A DNA stretch of 64,000 bases from Vermamoeba vermiformis. Lineage: Eukaryota. Where the stretch lies: contig JBEWZL010000013.1 of NCBI GenBank assembly GCA_045837725.1, positions 496,001 through 560,000 of the forward strand. Reading direction: 5' to 3'. Made by a program: the position numbers and the translations under genes. The notes beneath the pieces are model-generated. The model ran no database searches. It was not told the origin of the DNA and saw only the letters and a program-made list of their open reading frames with translations. Below, piece by piece: positions 53,733 through 64,000 of the stretch; the first letter of the stretch is position 1; every line of letters begins with the position of its first letter.

Positions 53733-55576
53733 CTAGTCCATCGCGTATTTCAGCGACGACCTTACGAACAGTTTACTTAACAAATAAGGCAATTCTTTCA
53801 TTGCGTAAGTGTTCTTCGATGAACTTGGCTCGGTTGGTGTCACCGCGTCGATTTTTCGTTTGTTGTTACTATTTACAGTTTCTTTCTCTGGCTCTTTGTC
53901 GATACCGGTAGACTCTTCTTTAGGGGTGGTATTATTGTGAGATTCGGTAGTATGATTAGTCGTCTCGTCAAATGCAGGTACGTGCCAGCCAATAAAAATT
54001 TCCTTAATTTTTCGTTCTTCGCCGGCGAGTTTGTCTTTCTTATTTTTCTTGCGCTTTTTGAACGATTCTTCTTCCACTGCTTCAAAATGAAGTCCTGCAC
54101 GTGTCATAACGGCTTCTATCGCCACTCTGTTTGGTTCATAACTAGCTATGCGGTAATTGACTAGGAATGTTTCCAATAATAAGCACTCGAATTCAATGAT
54201 TGATAGATAATCTTTGTTCGCCGTTTGCATTCGTTCGTTCTTCAGTCGTTTTTTCAACGCCCAATGTGAAATTTCATCCATTTGTCGCTGCTCTTCGTTT
54301 GTAATGGATAAAATGCTGTTGATAAGGTTGTCTATTATAGCTCTACTATCTTGTGATTCTTCGGCCAACAAATTTTTGACAAATGTAGCGCGATATTCAT
54401 CCGTCAATCCGTTGTATAATAAAATCTCTTCTAGTGTTGGTAATTGCGTTAAATAAGCTTGTAACAGTTTCGGAGAATTCTTCGGAGAAATTAAATCTTT
54501 GATCATTTGCAACAGCTGTTCGTCGTTCAGTGAATGAAAAGAATTCTTGCAAACACTCTCAAATGAGAAGTCGTCCATCCACGAGTCTATAATCACCTTC
54601 AATTCTTTTCTTAATTCTTCGCTTCTTTCTCCGTTTAAAATCTTCGTCAACTCATTGACAAAATAGTCGCTGTCAAGTACTTTCAAGAATTCTCCGTTCG
54701 ACAAACTTTCTTCGAGTTCACTTGACGTCCAAAATTCTTCACGCGGATCATCCAATAAACTAAAAAAGGAAATGGTTAGCCATGCGCAAATAAAATTCAG
54801 TGAATATTTGCAGAGTTACTTTTTTACAGTGGCGACTATATCGAGCTGCATCATCAACCAGGGCTGCACGACTGCAATGACAGGTGTCACTGATCGTTTG
54901 GCACTCCACACCAGAAATCTGTCCCAAACATCGTTTCTGTTCTTGAACGCGAATGATTGCAAAGCTGCTGCACCATATTTGGTATTGACATGTTCGTACG
55001 CGAACCAATCAAACCATTTTCTAAATTTATTGTATCGTTAGTACGATATATATATAGTGCTATTGTTCGTACTTGATTCGTGATTCAGTGTCGCCGGACT
55101 GAAAATATTTTTTGAAAATTTTGTGGTCGGATCTGAAGAGCTTTGCGATCGCGCTAGGCTTATCTGTTACTATTATCTAATAAAAATATTAATTTCAAAG
55201 TTAATTTAAATAATTTTTGAGGCAGCCTACCTTCAGAATAGATCTTTCAAACTCGTAGTTTCTGTTCTCTCTTTCATAAAATAGAGCGCGTATTTTTTTT
55301 GACTTAGTTCTATTATCAATCTATATATTTGAGTGTTAGATTAACAATCGGTACCAATATAATTAAATTTAATTTCGATATTTAATTCAAAATTACCTGT
55401 AAATTCCCCAAGGCTTGCAATAGCCATATTTTCAATTCGCTCTTATTATTCTTAACAAAGGTATTCAATAAATAATATTTTAAGTGGAGTAAAAAGTTCT
55501 TCCTATTCTCTGCGTTTTCGATCGCATCCGCGCTCGGCTCAATTTCTTTCTGATAAACATTGAGCCAGTTTGCCAT
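53733..55576 (-). CDS. Conserved hypothetical helical protein; multi-exon
   Basis: Phase-consistent exons and a long last exon; motifs KYGAAALQSFAFKNRNDVW, LDIVATV and EFWTSSELEESLSNGEFL. Confidence 0.75.
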
Positions 55577-55743
55577 ACCTCAATTATATATACTAGGTAT
55601 GGTTCTGTTATTTACAAAGCAAACAATAGTCATAGAAACAAGCCGTTACGCGAAGGCGAAAACTCAGAAATAAAATTGATAAAATGTGCAAGGTTTACTA
55701 GCCGTGCTACTTAAATACTGTACATTACAAAAAGGTCTTTAAT

Positions 55744-58693
55744 CTAGTGCGTTCGAATAAAGTTGGCAATCTCTTCCATAGTCTATAGAAAAGGGCGGTT
55801 AGATCAGCATCTGACCAAAAAAAAACTTCGGCGTGTACTTACAGGTCGTTCAGCAGGGTCCATCTTCCAACACTTCCTCATTACTTTACGTAGCGTTGGA
55901 TCGCAGTTCTCAGGTATCGCCGGGTGATACGCTTCATCACGAATTCTAACAGCGACGTACAACTGATCTTCGTCTTCGTGCGGCTCTTTGCCTGCCACTA
56001 ACTCCCAGACTAACACATGAAACCGTTAGAATAATACATAATACTAATATAGCCGTCGAGTATATAACTGATTTTCAAGCTGAGATAAAGTGCTGAATTT
56101 TCAACAGACTGACACGTGTCAGAACTACCTGGTTCGCATGATTCTTACCTAAAATGCCGTACGACCACACATCCGATTTGACACTGTATGTTTTGTCTCG
56201 CAAGCTTTCAGGGGCCTTTAGAGGGATAAGTTATTATAATGCGTTGTAAGCGCATGTTTACACGTACCATCCATCGCAAGGGACCAACATTCGTCTTTGT
56301 TTTGCCTTTTGCATCTTCGTCTTGAATGACACGTGACATGCCAAAGTCTGACACTTTTGGCTGACCATCTTCTGATAGCTATAAAAGAGATGAGAAAAGA
56401 TCACTAAACGTGAAGAATGTGGCTGATATTCGTACCAAGATATTTCTCACGGCCAAGTCACGATGCACAATGTTATTATTGTGAAGATGGATCAGTCCAT
56501 ATGCAATCTTCAACGCAATTTCCTTGCGCTTGGCATCAGTGACAGTGCTGGCATTGCTGAAGACCAGCTTATCAAGACTTCCACCACCGCAGAACTCGAG
56601 CACAATGCACGGGTAAGATCCGTCAAGACTGACTCCATATGTTCGTACGAGGTTCGGGTGCGGCGTAATGCCAAGTGTCAATTTGGCTTCAGCAATAAAT
56701 CCATCAACATCAGTGACTGTATTGTTCACTTTGATAGCTGCTTGTGCTCCTTGCCACTCGCTGAAAACGAGTACGTTAGAATGCTTTTTAAACTAGCAGA
56801 TGTCTGATAATGACACGTGTCATCAAAACATGACACCGGACACTGGTATTAAATCAGGTCAGAGTGTCTGTACGTAATAGGTTATCGAGGTATAGCACGT
56901 GGTGAATCACGTGATTAGTTACAAAGTCAAATTTAACGAGACTCGTGTCAAAAAGTTACTTTGGATGTCATACAGTGACACTTACCCCAAGAATACTTTG
57001 CCGTAGCTGCCAGCACCAATCTCCTTCAAGAAGACAAGACTCTTGTACGGAATGTGCATTCTGGCTTCAATCTCGTTGGGTTTGATGCCGTTGGGATCAA
57101 TCCTCTGCACTGCGTTGTTTTCTTGTTCGTTCGGCATATTTCGATACACTCTGCCGTCACCTCCTGTCGAAGGAACATCGGCGTAAGCAGTTGGCGTGAG
57201 TTGTGCCATGGGCTGTTTATCATCGCTATCGTCTTTCTTGCTGTCACCCTTGTTCTTTTTGCGCTTGTTCACGAAGAACACGATGAGGAAGATCGAGACG
57301 CCCATCGCCGCGCAGACGGGCACGACAATCGCAGGGACGATCACTTCGATTTTAGGTCCTGGAGGGGTCGCTGTAATATCGGAGGTGTTCTGGGCCACGG
57401 GAGCTACCGGATCTGCGACAGGAGGGCTGATAGGTGCGTCGACGGGTGGTGCAACTGGCACGAGAACAGCTATTGTGACACAGATTTAATTTTTTGTTTC
57501 TTGAATCACGTGCAACTGAATTTTGCTATTTTTGACTTACTGCAGTTATAACCATCGCCTTCATACCCCGGGAGACAGGTGCAGTTCGCGGTGTTTAATC
57601 CAATCGGAGTACACTGCGCATTGACGGAACAACCTCCGTTCCCGAGTTGGCATACTAAATATGGCGTTGTCAAAAAAGAAAAAGATTCTAATACTGTCCG
57701 GACTTACGGTTCAGTGAAGTAACGTCCCACGAATAGACGCGAAGTTGCGCAACGTCGCCTCCCGTGGATGCAGTGAAACCAAAATAATATTCGCTGTTGA
57801 CAATTGGAGTTGTTCTTGAAGGCATTATAAAGTTAACAGTAGTGACGGCAGCATTGTCCAATGAGATCTGAAATAAATAATTAAATAAATAAAGAATTAA
57901 ATTATTATTTTTACCGTCCAGTTCCAATTTGAGCTGCCCGGGATCGGATAGGCTTTTATTGCAACATTGTGGAAGCCAAGGTCCACTTTAAAAGCGCTCT
58001 TTAGCTTACAATATGAGGAATCCCAAAAACCACCGCCTGCTGGTCGTTGTGGGAATGAATCATTGGTGGATCTAAAATGTCAGTAATGTTATTTTTAGCT
58101 TCAATTACGAGTTACGAAAGTTTAACTAGACATACGTTTGACACAAAAGCAAAGTATTAGTGTCCATATCCATAACTACTGCAGCGAAGTTGGTCAAGCC
58201 AGTTAACATCATACTTCCTCCCGTGTCTGCTGGAACACTCAGAAAGGTGGTGGGATCCAAGCCAGTAAAAATAAATACGATTCTAAAATAGTCAAGTTAG
58301 TGGCAATTGGATAAGAATAGTTTTTTATTTAAAACGGATTTAGATGCGATTTTTAAATTTTTGGGTCATTATTTTGGTTGATTTATCAGGCTTATATTAG
58401 CACGAATATTCTTACCCGTCACCGTAAGGGAGGATAGTAGCGTTGACAGATATATAATAATTTGCTTGAAATCCGACAGGTATGTCGAGCGTTGAATTGT
58501 ATAAGGCTCTTGCACCAGCACCACCAGCATCTATTGGGGTCAGTTGCATAAAAGAACTCGGTTCGATCCACGCGCTGCCTGTCAAAAAGTAGGCATCCGT
58601 TATCACAGTTTCGTCAATATTGCCAGTCACCAAAGAGGCCAGCGCTCCTAAGATTACCACCAAATAGGTGATAATGAGTTGTGGCGACTTCAT
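55744..58693 (-). CDS. Receptor tyrosine-kinase-like protein: L-type lectin, EGF, Pro-rich stalk, TM, kinase (copy A)
   Basis: Signal peptide; lectin motifs QLTP and YYFGFTASTGG; EGF exon NGGCSVNAQC...CTCLPGYEGDGYNC; TM; HRDLAVRN; GPLRWMAPE. Confidence 0.88.
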
Positions 58694-58901
58694 GGCATCA
58701 AAAAATTAAAATTAATGCCAACAAAATAGAATGTCGGGAGTAAATGGAGGGAGGTTTGTTTTTTTTTCCCCGATTCCGAGATCCATTTTGAGTCGTGTAA
58801 GGTTCTACAATAATCATATTTTAAAGTTAATATGTTGTGCGACTATTCGTTTTAATGTACATAATGATTTAATAAATAGTTCAAGTTCGCTTTGGCTTTT
58901 T

Positions 58902-61706
58902 TTAGTGTTTGCGCAAGTACTTCGCGACTTCCTCCATCGTCTAGACAATTGAAATATCATTATTCATACTTCCGAAAGAACATGTTAAACTTACCGGTCG
59001 ATCAGCGGGATCTTTCTTCCAGCACATTTCCATCACCTCTCGAAGAACTGGATCGCAGTTGTCGGGAATTGGCGGGTGGAATGCTTCATCCCTAATCTTC
59101 ACTCCAACGAACAGTTGGTCTTCATCAGCATGTGGTTCTTTGCCCGCAACAATCTCCCAAACTGATACAAGAGTGTCAGATCTGTTGACTTTGGTCGTGT
59201 GACACGTGTAGTTCTTACCTAAAATGCCATAAGACCACACATCCGATTTGACACTGTATGACTTGTCTTTCAAGCTCTCGGGGGACTAAAGTCATATGAT
59301 AAGTATGAGTACGAATAGTTATTCTAGCACGCCGTACCATCCATCGCAAAGGACCAACATTCGTCTTCGTTTTGCCTTTGGCTTCTTCATCTTGAATGAC
59401 ACGTGACATGCCAAAGTCTGATATCTTTGGCTGACCTTCTGTGCTCAGCTATTTGATATCTTAAGTGAGTATACTACGTTTGGATCGATTCACCGTTGCC
59501 TTACCAAAATGTTTCGTGCAGCCAAGTCACGATGCACGATGTTATTGTTGTGAAGGTGGATCAGTCCATATGCAATCTTCAGTGCGAACTCTTTTCGTTT
59601 GGCATCGGTTACCGTGCTGGCATTGCTGAATACAAGCTTATCGAGACTTCCACCACCGCAAAACTCAAGCACAATGCACGGATATGCACCATCGAGACTG
59701 ACTCCGAATGTTTGGACCAAGTTCGGATGAGGAGCAATGCCAAGTGTCAGTTTTGCTTCAGCAAGGAATCCTTCCATGTCAGTCACCGTGTTGTTCACTT
59801 TGATTGCGACTTCTGCTCCTCGCCATTCACTGAAAATCGAACGTTAGATCAATTGCGATCCAGGTAAGAAGCACTTTCATACCCCAAGAATACTTTGCCG
59901 TAACTTCCAGCACCAATTTCTTTTGTGAAAACAAGACTCTTGTAAGGGATGTGCATTCGTTTGTCGACTTCAGCGGGGTTAATGCCCGTAGGATTAATCT
60001 CGGACACCGCTCCCACATCGGAGCTATTGCTATTAGTATCACTTTCACTGTTAGGAATACTGTTGTATTGACCACTCGCTCTGTTCCTTGCTGGAACTGT
60101 CGCGTAATTTGATGGCGCAATTCCTGTAGCATTCGAGGCTGACCGCGTGCCCGTCGCGTTTGAAGCTGACGTCATCGCCACAGCACCATCGCCGTCCTCA
60201 ACATCGTCACTTGACTTGTGCTCTTTCTTCTTGGCTTGTGCTTTCTTCCCAAAGTAGATGCCAAAGAAGAGCGCTGCTGCAACTCCGACAACAGGAATGA
60301 CGATCGCTGGAACGAGCACTTCAGGACCAGGTGCTTTGGGAGCGTTGACGATGGCGTTAGTTGGTGGGTCAACTGGAGGTGCAACGGGCACGTCAACTGG
60401 TGGATTGATAGGTGTGTCTACGGGAGGGTCAACTGGTGCCACTGGAACTGGCGGAATAACGGCTACGAGAGTTAGTGTCATCCATTTAACTACAGACAAG
60501 CATTAGTTTTACTTACTGCACGTGACTCCATCGCCCTCAAAACCAGCGAGACAGGTGCAATTAACTTGACCGCCGCCAAGGTACGAGCACGTGGCATTTG
60601 CGGAGCAGCCTCCGTTGTTCGTGATGCAAGCTAAAATTCGAAACATTAACCAGCGTTCCACACGTGAATTAGTTAATACAATTGCACTGATTGACGTATG
60701 ATTTGACATGTAGTATCAAGTTACGTACGCTCGGTGATAGTAGCGATCCAGCCAGTGAGATTTCTTTCAGAGTAAACGCCGCCAGTTGATGCGGCAAATC
60801 CAAAATAGTACTCATTTGGCGTGACTGGATCGATGGGTAAAGGGCCTGGATTGAACGTAACGTCTGGCTCGCTGTCGATGTTAACCTGATTGAACCATTG
60901 TTATTTTGCCAAAGTCAAACGCGAATGAGATAGCGTTGCAACGTACCGTCCATGTCGCGTTGTTGCCATTAGGATCGTAGATGATATTCAAGGTATGATT
61001 GCCTACATTCGGGACCGTGTATTGTTGGAAAGTACATTCATTAGTAGCCAAATACATCTGCGGCAGTGTAGCGGTATTGTTACTAAAATAATAGCGATAT
61101 TATCAATAAAGATGTAAACGTGCGTGTTTCAAGACTTACATTTGGCAAAAATAAACTCGATTGAATATCATATTCAGAGTTATTGCGGCCATGTTGGATA
61201 AGAACGCGATGTTATAATCACCGCCGTTCGTTTGTTGAGCGTTTAAAAATGAGTTCTTATCGCCAGTGAGTACGAGACTAAGCCTGTCAGGGTTGATTCA
61301 TTTAGCAAAACCAGTTCCGTAACGGTAAAATATTATTTTAATTAATAACAATAATAATAATAACTGAATTGAAGTCTATTCAAAGAAAAATAGCCAATAT
61401 TTACTTATATTTAGATTGTCTTTGTCAAACTTACGCTTCTCCGTAACCGTTTACTCCAGATCCTGACACTTCGTAGTGGATCGTTATCGAGAAACCTAGC
61501 GCAACATCGTGTGGAATATTGTATAGAACTCGCGACATTTTGGCTGAGGCATCAGGAGTCAGTTGAATTTGGTCCGATCCCTGAACAAAGTCACCAATTC
61601 CAGTGTAATTTAACGAAAGTGATGTCTCATCGATAACGAGACAGTTGGCGGTAGATATTAGTCCTATCACCAAGACGGTGAGAAGGAACTGTGGCAGTCT
61701 TTTCAT
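58902..61706 (-). CDS. Lectin-EGF receptor tyrosine-kinase-like protein (copy B)
   Basis: IQLTPD; YYFGFAASTGG; NGGCSANATC...CLAGFEGDGVTC; TM; HRDLAARN; GPLRWMSPE. Confidence 0.9.
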
Positions 61707-62281
61707 CAGCGCTTTGAATAAATAAATGAATTAAATTTCCGTTTTTTTGGTAGGATCCCAGGCGTTGTCGCACAAAGACCGAGTAAAGACTGAAAGTTAA
61801 ACAACCAATACTCAATGATGCGAATTAATTATATGGCTTTAATTTATCAAGTTTTGATTGGCGAAGTCAGTGAATCAATGCCAGATCTCGACTGTCGCGC
61901 TAACTCGCTTCTATTATGGAAGTGACAAAGTATACTTGTATATAGGTGCTAGGGTTGATTTAGTTCAAAAAGGTTGAGTAATAAAATAAGTTCCCTTGAC
62001 ACCGAATCAATCGAGATTAACGTCCTGACTTTTGCCAAATGCGGAATCAATTAAATTAATATTAAATTAAATGAATTGCTGTCCCTCGTAGTAGCACTCT
62101 TCAACGATAATATCATCGCGATTAAATAACCGGCATCAAATTTAAAATAAAGCGACCCGGAAAGTGAATGCAATATTATTATAAAATCGATGTATTATTG
62201 TACGTTATTAATATACATTATAAATAATTGTTGTATTACGTAAACTCTTACGCGAGGTGGGCCAATTTGAATTCAAGTTTT

Positions 62282-64000
62282 CTAGTTCTTGCGCAGGTAC
62301 TTGGCGATCTCCTCCATCGTCTGAATGAGTGAGATTTTAATGTATGGGGCTTGCAATTATTAATTTGTGCAACATACCGGTCTATCAGCGGGGTCTCTCT
62401 TCCAGCACATTTCCATCACTTCTCGAAGAACTGGATCGCAGTTGTCAGGGATCGCAGGATGGAATGCTTCATCTCGAATCTTCACTCCAACGAACAGTTG
62501 GTCTTCATCAGCATGTGGTTCTTTGCCCGCAACAATCTCCCAAACTGATACAAGAGTGTCAGAGCTGTTGACTTTGATCGTGTGACACGTGTTGTTCTTA
62601 CCTAAAATGCCATAAGACCACACATCTGATTTGACACTGTATGACTTGTCTTTCAAGCTCTCGGGGGACTACGGTTAAATGGTAAGTATGAGTACGAATA
62701 GTTATTCTAGCACGCCGTACCATCCATCGCAAGGGACCAACATTCGTCTTCGTCTTTCCTCTTGCTTCTTCGTCTTGAATGATGCGAGACATGCCAAAGT
62801 CGGACACTTTTGGCTGACCTTCTGTGCTAAGCTATATATTAAGGTTAGTAAGATCGATCAGGTTTTATGCTAACGTACCAAAATGTTTCGTGCAGCCAAA
62901 TCACGATGCACGATGTTATTATTGTGGAGGTGGATCAGTCCATATGCAATCTTCAATGCAAACTCTTTCCTTTTAGCGTCTGTGACGGCGCTCGCATTGT
63001 CAAAGACAAGTTTATCAAGACTTCCACCACCGCAAAACTCGAGCACAATGCACGGATATGCACCGTCGAGACTGACACCGAATGTTTGGACCAAGTTCGG
63101 ATGAGGAGCAATGCCAAGTGTCAGTTTTGCTTCAGCAAGGAATCCTTCCATGTCAGTCACTGTGTTGTTCACTTTGATTGCGACTTCTGCTCCTCGCCAT
63201 TCACTGAAAATCGAGGGTTAAAAATGACGATAAATCAGGGCGGTTAGATCGTGCTTACCCCAAGAATACTTTGCCGTAGCTTCCAGCACCAATCTCTTTT
63301 GTGAAAACAAGACTCTTGTAAGGGATGTGCATTCGCTTATCAATCTCCGACGGGTTGATTCCAGTTGGATTGATCTCCGATGCTCCAATGTCAGAGGTCT
63401 CAGTGCCACCTTCAGGAATGCTGTTGTATTGGCCACTCGCTCGACTCATTGCCGGGACGGTCGCGTACGCTGACGGTGCAATGCCTGTAGCGCTAGAAGT
63501 CGTTGTCATCGCAACGGCATCATCGCCGTCCTCAACATCGTCACTTGACTTGTGTTCTTTCTTCTTGGCTTGTGCTTTCTTGCCAAAGTAGATGCCAAAA
63601 AAGAGCGCTGCTGCAACTCCGACAACAGGGATGACAATCGCTGGAACGAGCACTTCAGGACCTGGTGATTTGGGAGCGTTGACAATGGCGTCAGTTGGTG
63701 GGTCTACTGGAGGTGCAACGGGCGCGTCTACTGGTGGATTGATCGGTGTGTCTACGGGAGGGTCAATGGGGGCGTTGATTGGAGAATTGACCGGTGGAGC
63801 TATGGGCGCAGTAGGAGGGATAGCAGCTATTTACGAATATCATTAATACTTATTTACCCACCTACTTGTTAATGCATTCGTTTTACTTACTGCACGTGAC
63901 TCCATCGCCCTCAAAACCAGCGAGGCAGGTGCAATTAACTTGACCGCCGCCAAGGTACGTGCAACTCGCGTCTGCGGAGCAGCCTCCGTTGTTCGTTACA
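62282..64000 (-). CDS. EGF receptor tyrosine-kinase-like protein (copy C); 5' end lies outside the window
   Basis: EGF exon, VDPP stalk, TM and kinase are nearly identical to copy B. Any lectin exons would lie beyond 64000. Confidence 0.9.

Overview
Gene-dense, AT-rich eukaryotic DNA with short spliceosomal introns (mostly 45-70 nt), so the ORF track shows only exon fragments. An amoebozoan-like protist is inferred from the gene content but not proven. About 23 genes can be reconstructed by hand splicing. Seven are single-pass receptor kinases with tyrosine-kinase-type motifs (HRDLAARN/HRDLAVRN and P[LI][KR]WM) in three ectodomain families: three IPT/TIG-PSI genes, one gene with 23 single-LRR exons, and three EGF-Pro-stalk genes (L-type lectin domain visible in two). 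Housekeeping genes include type II pantothenate kinase, a GH20 hexosaminidase, IDI1, DCP2, SSSCA1/ZNRD2, a GH47 mannosidase, an AP180-like ANTH protein, a small Tim and SCAR/WAVE. The strongest hidden signal is a GT-AG U12-type (minor spliceosome) last intron in all three IPT/PSI kinases, at a codon position where the three lectin-family kinases have an ordinary U2 intron. Other highlights are mosaic sequence exchange among the receptor paralogues, conserved ITAM-like tyrosine pairs, a probable macrodomain-kinase fusion and an XRE-like HTH protein. Two ~1 kb low-complexity blocks and several 1-nt frameshifts look like long-read consensus errors. All exon boundaries were placed by eye.
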